DNA of 64,000 nucleotides from Dehalococcoidia bacterium (GTDB lineage: Bacteria > Chloroflexota > Dehalococcoidia > SM23-28-2 > RBG-16-64-32): the NCBI GenBank assembly GCA_963665775.2, contig CAXXTF010000002.1:1344001-1408000 (forward strand), in the 5' to 3' direction. This document shows positions 1-9,203 of this stretch, piece after piece. The translations under genes and the position numbers were made by a program. Below the pieces are notes generated by a model, which was not told the origin of the DNA, ran no database searches, and saw nothing but the letters and a program-made list of their open reading frames with translations. Within the stretch, counting starts at the first letter, position 1. The number at the start of each line of letters is the position of its first letter.

Positions 1-218
1 TGGCGAAATGCGACGTCTGCGGTAAAGGCACCAGCTTCGGCCGCAACATCCGGCACAAGCACTCAGGTCGCTGGGAGCGCAAGGCGCCCCGGACGAACCG
101 CACGTTCAAGGCGAACATTCAGAAGAGGAACGTCATCGTTGGCGGCGTGCCCGTGCGCCTGAGCATCTGCACCCGCTGCCTGCGCACCTCCCTCAAGACG
201 ACCAAGACGACGGCCTAG
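1..218 (+). CDS. rpmB: 50S ribosomal protein L28 (first base of start codon lies outside the window)
   Basis: Manual translation (M)AKCDVCGKGTSFGRNIRHKHSGRWERKAPRTNRTFKANIQKRNVIVGGVPVRLSICTRCLRTSLKTTKTTA*, stop TAG 216-218; CxxCGK...CTRCL pattern of zinc-type L28. Not in ORF track. Confidence 0.93.
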   Translation, partial: AKCDVCGKGTSFGRNIRHKHSGRWERKAPRTNRTFKANIQKRNVIVGGVPVRLSICTRCLRTSLKTTKTTA

Positions 219-226
219 GGGCGACC

Positions 227-910
227 TTACACCCCCCGCTCGACCCGCGCCAGCGCCTCCTGCAGGCGCACCATATTGTCGGCCACAGACGCACGGTCGT
301 TGAACACGGCCGAGGCCGCCACCAGCACGTTGGCCCCCGCCGCCGAGCAGCGGGGCGCGACCTCCGGGGTCACCCCCCCGTCCACCTCGATCTCGGCCCC
401 CAGGCCCCCCTCATCGATGAGCTGTCGCAGGCGTCGCACCTTCTCCAGCGCCCCCTCGATGAACCGCTGGCCGGACCAGCCGGGGTTCACGCTCATCACC
501 ATCACCTGGTCCACCTCCGGCAGGATCCCCTCCAAGGCGCCGACCGGCGTCCCCGGGTTCAGACAGATCCCCGCCCGCTTGCCGCGGGCCCGCACCTCCT
601 GAGCGATGCGGTGGGGGTGAACGGTCGCTTCCACGTGCACGTTGATGATGTCGCCACCGGCGTCCATGAACGCCCCCATGTGGCGCTCTGGCTCCACCAC
701 CATCAGGTGGATGTCCAGGGTCAGCGAGGTGACCCGCCGCACCGCCTCCACGACGGGCGTGCCCATGGAGATGACGGGTACGAACCGCCCGTCCATCACA
801 TCGATGTGGATGTACGCCGCCCCCGCGGCCTCTGCCTCGCGCACCTGCTCCCCCAGCCGCCCGAAGTCCGCCGAGAGGATGGAGGGGGCGAGCTTAACGC
901 CGTTCGTCAT
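227..910 (-). CDS. rpe: Ribulose-phosphate 3-epimerase
   Basis: LAPSILSADF, HIDVMDG, DIHLMV, MSVNPG, EVDGG motifs; start trimmed to MTNGVKL, overlapping argH stop (ATGA). Confidence 0.95.
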   Translation of the reverse strand: MTNGVKLAPSILSADFGRLGEQVREAEAAGAAYIHIDVMDGRFVPVISMGTPVVEAVRRVTSLTLDIHLMVVEPERHMGAFMDAGGDIINVHVEATVHPHRIAQEVRARGKRAGICLNPGTPVGALEGILPEVDQVMVMSVNPGWSGQRFIEGALEKVRRLRQLIDEGGLGAEIEVDGGVTPEVAPRCSAAGANVLVAASAVFNDRASVADNMVRLQEALARVERGV

Positions 911-2292
911 TGCGCTGTCTCCAGCCGCTGTCGGGCCCGCTTGAGGGCCGCCGCCACCTGCCTCGATGACGTGCCGCCGGGCGCGTCCCGGGCCTCGATG
1001 GCCGACCACACGTCCAGCCGCAGCACGTCCTCCTCGAACAGGGGCGAGAAACCTCGGTACTCCTCCAGAGTCAGCTCGTTCAGCGCCTTGCCTTCAGACT
1101 CAGCCTTCCGCACCAGCTCAGCCACCGCCTGGTGCGCCTCCCGGAAGGGCACCCCTTTGCGGACCAGGTAATCTGCCACGTCGGTCGCCACGGTATAGGA
1201 GCCAGCGGCAGCAGCCTCTGCCCTGGCGGCGTTCACGCGCAGCGCCGGCAACAGCGCCGCCAGCACCTCCAGGCTCGGAAGCAGCGTATCCACCGTGTCG
1301 AACAGCGGCTCCTTATCCTCCTGCAGGTCGCGATTGTAGGCCAGGGGCAGCCCCTTGAGCGTCGTCAGGATCGCCATCAGGTTTCCGTAAACACGGCCGG
1401 TGCGGCCGCGGGCCAGCTCGGCCACGTCCGGGTTCCGCTTCTGAGGCATGATGCTCGATCCGGTGGCGAACTCCCTCGGCAGCTCGATGAATCCGAACTC
1501 GCCGCTCGACCACAAGACGATCTCCTCCGCCAGCCGCGAGAGGTGCATCATCGTGATCGCCGCCGCCGCCTGGAACTCCACCACGAAGTCGCGGTCGGCC
1601 ACGGCGTCCACGCTGTTCTCGGCGATGCGCGAGAACCCCAGTTCCCGCGCCACGAACTCGCGATCGATCGGGTATGGCACGCCGGCCAGGGCACCTGAGC
1701 CAAGGGGCAGCTCATCGGCTCGGCCACGGCAGTCGGCGAACCGCCCGGCGTCCCTCTCCAGCATCTGGAAGTAGGCCAGCAGGTGATGGGCCAGCAGCAG
1801 GGGCTGTGCCCGCTGCAAGTGGGTGTAGCCGGGCACTACCGTCTCCTGGCTGACCTCCGCCAGCTTCAGCAGGGCCGCCAGCAGCCCCGTGAGCCCCGCT
1901 ATCGCACCGTCACAGGCCTCCATGACGAACAGACGCACATCCGTGGCCACCTGGTCGTTGCGGGAGCGCGCTGTAGGCAGCCGGCCGGCCGCCTCGCCGA
2001 TCTTCTCGCGCAGGCGCGCCTCGATGTTCAGATGGATGTCCTCCAGCTCCTGGAGGAAGGAAAATTCGCCCCGCTCGATCTCCTGGCCTATCTCCTCCAA
2101 ACCTCGCTCGATGGCTTCAGCATCGGCGGCAGGGATGATCCCCTGCCGGGCGAGCATGCGGGCGTGCGCTATGGAGCCGGCGATGTCGTGCCGGTACAGC
2201 CGACGGTCAAATGCGACGGACGCCGTGTAGGCCAGGGCCAGCCGGTTCAGGCCGCTGGCGGTAGGGCTTTCGACAGGGTTACGTTCGGACAT
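907..2292 (-). CDS. argH: Argininosuccinate lyase
   Basis: SRNDQ, PGYTHLQRAQP, GSSIMPQKRNPD, YNRDLQEDKE; start trimmed to MSERNP downstream of TATAAT. Confidence 0.96.
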   Translation of the reverse strand: MSERNPVESPTASGLNRLALAYTASVAFDRRLYRHDIAGSIAHARMLARQGIIPAADAEAIERGLEEIGQEIERGEFSFLQELEDIHLNIEARLREKIGEAAGRLPTARSRNDQVATDVRLFVMEACDGAIAGLTGLLAALLKLAEVSQETVVPGYTHLQRAQPLLLAHHLLAYFQMLERDAGRFADCRGRADELPLGSGALAGVPYPIDREFVARELGFSRIAENSVDAVADRDFVVEFQAAAAITMMHLSRLAEEIVLWSSGEFGFIELPREFATGSSIMPQKRNPDVAELARGRTGRVYGNLMAILTTLKGLPLAYNRDLQEDKEPLFDTVDTLLPSLEVLAALLPALRVNAARAEAAAAGSYTVATDVADYLVRKGVPFREAHQAVAELVRKAESEGKALNELTLEEYRGFSPLFEEDVLRLDVWSAIEARDAPGGTSSRQVAAALKRARQRLETAQ

Positions 2293-2353
2293 TGCGGGCT
2301 CATTATACGCCACGACGCCGCACGGGCCTTATACGAAGCCTTGCCGCCAGCAC

Positions 2354-3130
2354 CTAGCCAAAGATGGGCAGGCCCTTCAGATCGCTAAGCGTTTCGATGA
2401 CGTAGTCGGGAACGACGGACGCCGGCGGCTCCGGCCTGTCCTCCGTCTCCCGCGCGTCTTCCCTGGGCGCGGGAGACCGCCACACGGCGGTCATCCGCAG
2501 CGCCTGCGCCCCCTCCACGTCGCCCCGCAGGCTGTCACCCACCATGACCGCCGCCTCCGGCTCGATCCCCATATGGTCGAGGGCGTGCTGGAAGATGCGG
2601 GGATGCGGCTTCAGGTACCCCACCTGACAGGACATGGCAACGACTTCGAACAGCTCCGCCAGCCCCAACTCCCGCATCTCCTGCTGGAAGCGCAGTCCAT
2701 CCCAACCCCGGTTCGTCACCGAACCCAGCCGGTAGCCCCTCTCCTTGAGCCAGCGCAGGGTCTCCAGGACATCCGGGAAGAGCGTTCGCCCCACGAAGGC
2801 GCCTTCCAGGTTCCAGGCCTCCCATAGCTCCTCCGACTGCTCCGGCGTCAGCGCCAAGCCGTGCCCAGCGGAGACGCGGCGGCAAACGTCCGGATAGCCG
2901 GGGTCCCGGCAGTCGCCGTGAAAGGCCTCTCCCGTTGCCTCCTCCGTGGCCGCCCGGATATCGCGAGCCAGGAAGAAGCGCTCCGGCGTCACCTCGAACC
3001 CCCAACGCCTCAGGAGACCGAAGATGCGCCGCCGCGTCTCCGCCGCCACCACATCCTGAGGCGGCCGGTCCGGGAAATGCCACAACGTGTTGCCCAGGTC
3101 GAAGAGGACAGCAATGATCCGAGCGGTCAT
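2354..3130 (-). CDS. HAD-superfamily hydrolase
   Basis: FDLGNTL (motif I variant), VTN, KPHPRIF, MVGDSLRGDVEGA. Confidence 0.88.
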   Translation of the reverse strand: MTARIIAVLFDLGNTLWHFPDRPPQDVVAAETRRRIFGLLRRWGFEVTPERFFLARDIRAATEEATGEAFHGDCRDPGYPDVCRRVSAGHGLALTPEQSEELWEAWNLEGAFVGRTLFPDVLETLRWLKERGYRLGSVTNRGWDGLRFQQEMRELGLAELFEVVAMSCQVGYLKPHPRIFQHALDHMGIEPEAAVMVGDSLRGDVEGAQALRMTAVWRSPAPREDARETEDRPEPPASVVPDYVIETLSDLKGLPIFG

Positions 3131-3252
3131 GACGCCCGGATGAAGGTGACCACCTGGCGCGCCAAATCGACCTGAGCGAACGATAGGATAACGGTCCCCT
3201 CCGTCCGCGCGGAATCACCCAGGAACTTGGCCAAGGGGCCGTATTTAGGCAT
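3127..3252 (-). CDS. 41-aa small ORF, possibly an internally deleted remnant
   Basis: Manual translation MPKYGPLAKFLGDSARTEGTVILSFAQVDLARQVVTFIRAS*; stop overlaps HAD start (ATGA). Confidence 0.45.
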   Translation of the reverse strand: MPKYGPLAKFLGDSARTEGTVILSFAQVDLARQVVTFIRAS

Positions 3253-3306
3253 CACCGCCCGCCTTGCGGACACCTAACACAAACGGTACGGTGGCGACGG
3301 TCGGAG

Positions 3307-4515
3307 TCACTTCTCTTCCTCCTCCAGCATCTGCGCCCTGGCTTGCACGCGCACCGGCAGTCCCCAGATGTGTATGAAGCCGGGCGCCGCCGTCCGGTCG
3401 AAGGCGTCCTCCTTATCGTACGTCGCCAGGGAGAAATCGTACAGGCTCCGGGGCGACTTCCGTCCCACCACCGTCGCGCTCCCCTTGTGTAGCCTCACCC
3501 GCACCAGCCCGCTGACGTGCCGCTGGCTGGACTGCACGTAGGCCGCCATGTCCTGATGATGCGCCGTGAACCACAGCCCGTTGTAGATCAGCTCCGCGTA
3601 TTCCTGGGCGATACGCGCCTTCAGCCGTATCTGATCCTTAGACAGCGTCAGCGCCTCCAGCCCCTCGTGGGCGGCCAGCAGGGTCACCGCCGCCGGCGCC
3701 TCGTATATCTCGCGCGACTTGATCCCCACCAGCCGGTCCTCCACCATGTCCACCCTTCCCACCCCGTGCTCGCCGGCCAGTTCGTTCAGCCCCTTCACCA
3801 GTGACACGGCATCGATCTCCCGACCGTCCAATGAGACCGGCAGCCCGCGCTCGAAGCCGATCTCCACGTAGGCCGGCTTCTCCGGCGCCTCCACCGGCGA
3901 CTTCGTCCAGGCGTAGATCTCGGCCGGCGGCTCCTGCCAGGGGTCCTCCAGCCGCCCGCACTCGATGCTGCGCCCCCACAGGTTCTCGTCGATGCTGTAC
4001 GGGCTCGCCTTCGTCACCGACACGGGGATGGCATGCTCCTGGGCATAGACGATCTCCCCCTCGCGATCCATATCCCATTCCCGCAGCGGCGCCACGATCT
4101 GTAGCTCCGGCGCCAGCGCCTGCACTGACACGTCCAAGCGCACCTGATCATTCCCCTTGCCGGTGCAGCCGTGGGCCACCGCCGTTGCCCCCTCCGCCTT
4201 CGCCGCCGCCACCATCTCCCGAGCGATGAGGGGCCGCGACAGGGCCGTGGCCAGAGGGTAGTGCCCTTCGTAGCGAGCCCCCGCCGCCAGGGCCGGGAAG
4301 GCGAAGTGCCGCAGGAACGTCTCCTGAGTGTCCTGCCACAGACACTTGGCCGCCCCCGCCGCCATCGCCCGCGAACGCAGCGCCTCCCGCTCCCGGTCCA
4401 TCCCGACGTCCACCGTAAGGGCGACAACGTCGTAGCCCCGCTCCTCCTTCAGCCAGCGGATGGCCACGGAGGTGTCGAGGCCGCCGGAATAGGCCAGCAC
4501 TATCTTCTCAGACAT
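3307..4515 (-). CDS. argG: Argininosuccinate synthase
   Basis: LAYSGGLDTS, HGCTGKGNDQVR, YSIDENLWG, GIKSREIYE. Confidence 0.97.
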   Translation of the reverse strand: MSEKIVLAYSGGLDTSVAIRWLKEERGYDVVALTVDVGMDREREALRSRAMAAGAAKCLWQDTQETFLRHFAFPALAAGARYEGHYPLATALSRPLIAREMVAAAKAEGATAVAHGCTGKGNDQVRLDVSVQALAPELQIVAPLREWDMDREGEIVYAQEHAIPVSVTKASPYSIDENLWGRSIECGRLEDPWQEPPAEIYAWTKSPVEAPEKPAYVEIGFERGLPVSLDGREIDAVSLVKGLNELAGEHGVGRVDMVEDRLVGIKSREIYEAPAAVTLLAAHEGLEALTLSKDQIRLKARIAQEYAELIYNGLWFTAHHQDMAAYVQSSQRHVSGLVRVRLHKGSATVVGRKSPRSLYDFSLATYDKEDAFDRTAAPGFIHIWGLPVRVQARAQMLEEEEK

Positions 4516-4524
4516 ATCTCACCC

Positions 4525-5727
4525 TCACTTCGATGCGTCAGCCTCGATGCCGGCCAGCACCCGGTCCAGGATCTCCACCGCCTGATCGATCTCGCCCTCG
4601 CTCACCGTCAGGGGCGGCATCAGCCGCAGGGCCGTGGGCTTCACGTTGTTGGCCAGCAACCCGCCCGCCAGGCAGAGACGCACCGCCTCCTCCGCCGCCT
4701 CGCGGCCCAGCTCGACGGCCCACAGCAGCCCCCTGCCCCGCACCTCCGTCACGATCGGATGCCGGTCCGCCAGCGAGTGCAGCCGTCGCTCCAGATGCTC
4801 GCCCTTGCGGGCCACCTGGGCCGAAAGATCATGCTCGATGACGTACTTCACGACCGCGTATCCGACCGCCGTGGCCAGCGGGTTACCGCCGAAGGTGGTG
4901 CCATGCTCCCCCACGCCCAGCGCGGAGCAGTGCTCCTTGACCAGGAAGGCGCCGATAGGGAAGCCGCCGCCTAGCCCCTTGGCCAACGCCATCACGTCCG
5001 GCTCTACCCCGTAGAGCTGGTGCGCGAACAGCTTCCCTGTGCGCCCGATCCCCGTCTGCACCTCGTCCAGCATCAGGAGGAGCCCCGCCTCGTCGCACCA
5101 GGCTCGGACCTGGCGCAGATAGCCGTCGGCGGGCACGTTGACGCCGCCCTCGCCCTGAATCGGCTCCAGGAGGACGGCCGCCGTCCTCTCCGTCGTCGCC
5201 TTCCTGATCGCCTCCGCATCGTTGAAGGGCACCCGCACGAACCCCTCGGGCAACGGCGTAAAAGGGGCCCGATACTTCTCCGTACTGCCGGCCGTCAGCG
5301 TAGCCAGCGTACGGCCGTGAAAGGAACCCTCCGCCACGATGATCTCGGAGGCGCCGTCGCGCTTCTCCTTCCCCCACTTGCGGGCCAGCTTGATGCAGCC
5401 CTCCACCGCCTCCGCGCCGCTATTGCAGAAGAACGCCTTATCCAGGCAGCTGTTCTCGCACAGGAGCTGGGCCAGCTTGAGCTGCGGGATCGTGTAGTAG
5501 ATGTTGGAGACCTGCATCAGCTCCCGCGCCTGCTCCGTCACCGCCTTCACCACCGCTGGATGGCTATGACCGAGGCTCACCACCGCGATTCCGGCCACAA
5601 AGTCCAGATATTCGCGGCCCGCGTCGTCCCAGACGCGGCTGCCCTCACCTCGCACCAGCGTCACCGGCAGCCGCTTACCGGTAGGGAGAAAGTAACGACT
5701 CTCCAGCTCGATCCAGTTCTCGCCCAT
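4525..5727 (-). CDS. argD: Acetylornithine aminotransferase
   Basis: FCNSGAEA, SFHGRT, EPIQGEGG, DEVQTGIGRTG, LAKGLGGG, GTTFGGNP; arg operon context. Confidence 0.93.
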   Translation of the reverse strand: MGENWIELESRYFLPTGKRLPVTLVRGEGSRVWDDAGREYLDFVAGIAVVSLGHSHPAVVKAVTEQARELMQVSNIYYTIPQLKLAQLLCENSCLDKAFFCNSGAEAVEGCIKLARKWGKEKRDGASEIIVAEGSFHGRTLATLTAGSTEKYRAPFTPLPEGFVRVPFNDAEAIRKATTERTAAVLLEPIQGEGGVNVPADGYLRQVRAWCDEAGLLLMLDEVQTGIGRTGKLFAHQLYGVEPDVMALAKGLGGGFPIGAFLVKEHCSALGVGEHGTTFGGNPLATAVGYAVVKYVIEHDLSAQVARKGEHLERRLHSLADRHPIVTEVRGRGLLWAVELGREAAEEAVRLCLAGGLLANNVKPTALRLMPPLTVSEGEIDQAVEILDRVLAGIEADASK

Positions 5728-5740
5728 CCTTACTCCCCCT

Positions 5741-6517
5741 TCATCCTACGATGGTCCCTGCCGGCTCGCCCTCCACAAGGGAGAGCAGGGCGTGCTCGTG
5801 GCGGCCATCGGCGATCACGCTGAGGCTCCCCGACCGGGCCGCCTGCAGACAGGCCTCCACCTTGGGGATCATGCCCCCCTCCACGACACCGGAATCGATA
5901 AGCCGGGCCGCTTCCTCGACCGAGAGGCGGGCAGCAGTCTGACCGTCGTCGGAGCGGACGCCTTCCACATCGGTCAGAAAGGCCAGCCAGCGCGCCCCCA
6001 GCGCCGCGGCCACGGCACCGGCCGCGGTGTCGGCGTTCGTGTTCAGAAGCTGATCCGTGGGCCGCTCCCCCTCCCACTGCGCGGCCACCGGCGCCACCAC
6101 CGGCACGTATCCGTCGTCCAGCAGCCGCAGGAGAGGACGGCTATCCACCATGTCCACATCCCCCACGAAACCCAGCCTCTCATCGCGAATGTGGGCCCGC
6201 AGCAGCCCGCCGTCCGCCCCCGAAAGGCCGACGGCGCGTCCCCCCAGGGCCGCCAGAGATGCCACCAGCGTCTTATTAACCAGCCCGGCCAGCACGGCCA
6301 CCACAACCTCCAGCGACTCGCCGTCCGTAACGCGCAGGCCCCGCTCGAACCGAGTAGGCACGTTATGTCTAGACAGCCACTCGCTGATGAGGGCGCCCCC
6401 TCCGTGCACCACCACCGGTCGCAGCCCTCGACGCTGGAGCGCCACCAGATCCTCCAGCGCCGTGTCGTGGCTGCCCAGGGTGGAGCCGCCTATCTTCACC
6501 ACCAGAATGTCAGACAT
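5741..6517 (-). CDS. argB: Acetylglutamate kinase
   Basis: VVKIGGS, VVHGGG, GLRVTD, NTNAD, GGMIPKV. Confidence 0.95.
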   Translation of the reverse strand: MSDILVVKIGGSTLGSHDTALEDLVALQRRGLRPVVVHGGGALISEWLSRHNVPTRFERGLRVTDGESLEVVVAVLAGLVNKTLVASLAALGGRAVGLSGADGGLLRAHIRDERLGFVGDVDMVDSRPLLRLLDDGYVPVVAPVAAQWEGERPTDQLLNTNADTAAGAVAAALGARWLAFLTDVEGVRSDDGQTAARLSVEEAARLIDSGVVEGGMIPKVEACLQAARSGSLSVIADGRHEHALLSLVEGEPAGTIVG

Positions 6518-6645
6518 GCCTTCCCATCCTGGCATCTCCTCCGCCGCACCCTCTGGGCTGCGGCATCAATTCGCATTTGCCTGACCCGGCCTTCAGGCTG
6601 GGGTGGTCGCACAAGAACCCGTGTCCCATCTGTGCCCTGCTATCG

Positions 6646-7866
6646 CTAAGTAGTGTAAAGACTGTTCAGGCGCACGTACTCCTCCGTGATGTCCGAGCCC
6701 CAAGCCGTGGCCTCCGCCTCCCCCAGCCCCAGGCCCACCCGGATGCGCACCTCGCGCGGCGCCAGGCAGTCCGCCGCCTGTGCCTTGTCGTAGGGTTGCG
6801 GCGACCCGTCCCGAAACAGGCACAGCTCGCCGCCGTCAGGGGTGCCCAGATACAGCGCCACGCTCTCCTCCCCCATCTCGGCGCCGCTGTTCCCGACCGC
6901 CGCCAGGATACGGCCCCAGTTGGGGTCGCGCCCGTACACCGCCGTCTTCACGGCCAGCGAGCGTACCACCTCCCGCGCCGCCTTACGGGCGTCCGCCAGC
7001 GAGCGAGCGCCACCCACCTTCGCCTCGATCACCTTAGTCGAACCCTCAGCATCGGCCACGATGGCCCCGGCCAGATAGGTGCAGACCTGGGCCAGCGCCG
7101 AGGCGAAGGCGTCCGACCGGAGCTGTCCCCGGTCGATAGCCTCACCGCCACCCTGACCGTTGGCCAGCACCACCACCATGTCGTTCGTGCTGGTATCGCT
7201 GTCCACATCGATCATGTTGAAGGAGGCCGCCACCGCCTCCCCGAGGGTCTCTGCCAGGAACGCCGAGGCCACTGGCGCGTCGGTCGTGATGAAGGAGAGC
7301 ATCGTGGCCATGTTGGGATGGATCATGCCCGCCCCCTTGACCACGCCGCCCACCGTATACGCTCCGAATCGCACCGCGACACGCTTGGGCCGCGTGTCCG
7401 TAGTCATGATGGCGCGGGCGAAGTCCAGGCCACCCGCCGCCGAGAGCTCTATCCGCTCGACGCCGCGACGGATGCGATCCATGGGGAGGTAGGGGAGGCC
7501 GATGATCCCGGTTGAGGCCACCACCACGTCGTACGGGTCGACGTTCAACTTACTTGCGGCCAGCGCTGCCATCTCCACCGCATCCTGCATCCCCTGCTGG
7601 CCGGTAGCGGCGTTGGCGCAGCCACTGTTGGCGATGACCGCCTGCCCGCGGCCGCCAGCCAGGTGCTTCTGGGTGATCAGCAGAGGCGCCGCCTTCAGCC
7701 GGTTACTGGTGTAGACCCCGGCGGCCGTACAGGGCGTCTCCGAATAGAGGAGGCCCAGATCGAGCCTCTCAGCGTCCGGCCGGATATCGACCCTGGCGGC
7801 TCCGGCCAGGAAGCCAGCGGGCGTCGTTACGTCGCCATCCGCTATCAGTTCCGTATCTTCGACCAT
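6646..7866 (-). CDS. argJ: Ornithine acetyltransferase / N-acetylglutamate synthase
   Basis: NSGCANA, ASTGIIG, KGAGMIHPNMATML, DSDTSTND, DPNWGR. Confidence 0.96.
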   Translation of the reverse strand: MVEDTELIADGDVTTPAGFLAGAARVDIRPDAERLDLGLLYSETPCTAAGVYTSNRLKAAPLLITQKHLAGGRGQAVIANSGCANAATGQQGMQDAVEMAALAASKLNVDPYDVVVASTGIIGLPYLPMDRIRRGVERIELSAAGGLDFARAIMTTDTRPKRVAVRFGAYTVGGVVKGAGMIHPNMATMLSFITTDAPVASAFLAETLGEAVAASFNMIDVDSDTSTNDMVVVLANGQGGGEAIDRGQLRSDAFASALAQVCTYLAGAIVADAEGSTKVIEAKVGGARSLADARKAAREVVRSLAVKTAVYGRDPNWGRILAAVGNSGAEMGEESVALYLGTPDGGELCLFRDGSPQPYDKAQAADCLAPREVRIRVGLGLGEAEATAWGSDITEEYVRLNSLYTT

Positions 7867-7903
7867 CTTTTCAGACCCCCCTCAGGATACAGGCCGGCAG
7901 AGC

Positions 7904-8956
7904 CTACGGGTAGACGGACGGGGCCTCCAGCCCCATGGTCTCCGGAAGGCCCAGCACCAGGTTCATATTCTGGATCGCCTGCCCAGCCGCCCCCTTCACC
8001 AGGTTATCGACGACGCTGACCACCACCAACCGCTCCGTGCGCGTATCCACTGTGGGATAGAGCAGGCACACGTTGCTGCCCTGCGTCTGCTTGGTGGAGG
8101 GCGGCCTGTCCACCACCCGCACGAACGGCTCCCCCTGATAGTAGTACCGGTACAGCTCCCGCACCGCCTCCTTGGCCGCCTCGCCTGCCGGCAGGCGGCC
8201 CTCCATCAGGGTCGCGTAGCAGGTGGAGAGGATGCCCCGCGTCATGGGGATCAGATGGGGCGTGAACGTCACCCGGGGCCACGACGGCTGTGACCCCGCC
8301 GAGAGCGGCCACATCCGCGCCAGCTCCTGGACGATCTCCGGCAGGTGCCGGTGCCCGTCCAGGCCGTAGGCGGAGACGCTCTCGTCCGCCTCGGCAAAGT
8401 GATAGGTCAGGTCCAGGGTACGCCCGGCGCCAGATATGCCCGATTTGGAGTCCACAATGATCTCCGTGCCGACGATCCCCGCCTTCACCGCCGGCGCCAG
8501 ACCCAGGAGGGCGCTCTCCGGATAGCAGCCCGGGTTAGCGATGAGCCTGGAGGCGCGCACCGCCTCCCGGTTCAGCTCCGTCAGGCCGTAGGTCGCCCGG
8601 AGCAGGAGGTCCGGCGCTGGATGCTCCGCGCCGTACCAGGCGGCGTACTCCTGGGGATCGCGCAGGCGAAAATCGGCGCTCATATCGACGATCGGCAGGC
8701 CGGCGCGGGCCAACGGCGCCACCGCCTCAGCGCTGGCCACGTGAGGCAGGGCCGAGAAGACGAAGTCCACCTCGCCCATCTCCGGCTCCACCACCAGATC
8801 GTAGCAGGCCAGGTGGGGAAAGACCTCGGCCAGGGTCTTACCGGCGGCGCTGCGACCGCTGACGCTGGTCAATCGGGCCTCCGGGTGGGTGTACAGCAGC
8901 CGGGCCAGCTCGGCCCCGGCGTAACCTGTCACATTAATGATCCCTACCCTGACCAT
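7904..8956 (-). CDS. argC: N-acetyl-gamma-glutamyl-phosphate reductase
   Basis: TGYAG, SADFRL, ANPGCY, SGISGAG, DNLVKGAAGQAIQNMN; RBS GGAGGAG at 8967-8961. Confidence 0.96.
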   Translation of the reverse strand: MVRVGIINVTGYAGAELARLLYTHPEARLTSVSGRSAAGKTLAEVFPHLACYDLVVEPEMGEVDFVFSALPHVASAEAVAPLARAGLPIVDMSADFRLRDPQEYAAWYGAEHPAPDLLLRATYGLTELNREAVRASRLIANPGCYPESALLGLAPAVKAGIVGTEIIVDSKSGISGAGRTLDLTYHFAEADESVSAYGLDGHRHLPEIVQELARMWPLSAGSQPSWPRVTFTPHLIPMTRGILSTCYATLMEGRLPAGEAAKEAVRELYRYYYQGEPFVRVVDRPPSTKQTQGSNVCLLYPTVDTRTERLVVVSVVDNLVKGAAGQAIQNMNLVLGLPETMGLEAPSVYP

Positions 8957-8967
8957 GGCGCTCCTCC

Positions 8968-9006
8968 AAAAAGTAAACCGCCCCACCACTGTTCAGCGGT
9001 GGGGCG
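8968..9006 (-). terminator. Intrinsic terminator (attenuator) directly upstream of the argC RBS
   Basis: Minus strand CGCCCCACCGCTG-AA-CAGTGGTGGGGCG followed by GTTTACTTTTT. Confidence 0.8.
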
Positions 9007-9041
9007 TCTTCGTCTCCCTGTGTGCTTCTGCCGCTGGGCGT

Positions 9042-9128
9042 CTACCCGCTGGCACACCAAAGCCCACCGCTCCTCGAGCCAAGTCGAGGTCGTCGCTGGG
9101 CGATCCTGACGCCTGCCTGCGTTGCCAT
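9042..9128 (-). CDS. Putative arg-operon leader peptide (28 aa)
   Basis: MATQAGVRIAQRRPRLGSRSGGLWCASG*; Arg codons AGG, CGA, CGA, CGA, AGG; lies between promoter and terminator. Confidence 0.68.
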   Translation of the reverse strand: MATQAGVRIAQRRPRLGSRSGGLWCASG

Positions 9129-9138
9129 GTCAGTGCCC

Positions 9139-9168
9139 ACGATAGCCAGCCACCCCTCGTGCTGTCAA
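9139..9168 (-). promoter_or_regulatory. Sigma70-type promoter of the arg leader/operon
   Basis: TTGACA (9168-9163), 18-nt spacer, TATCGT (9144-9139), 10 nt before the leader ATG. Confidence 0.7.
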
Positions 9169-9203
9169 GGCCTACCAACCTGCCTGGGGAGTAGCCCTCC
9201 CCT

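Noticed and set aside
9000-9200. T-box or ARG box upstream of argC
   Set aside because: No AAGGTGGxACC T-box motif or stem I, leader too short, and no AT-rich ARG box; the uORF model fits better.
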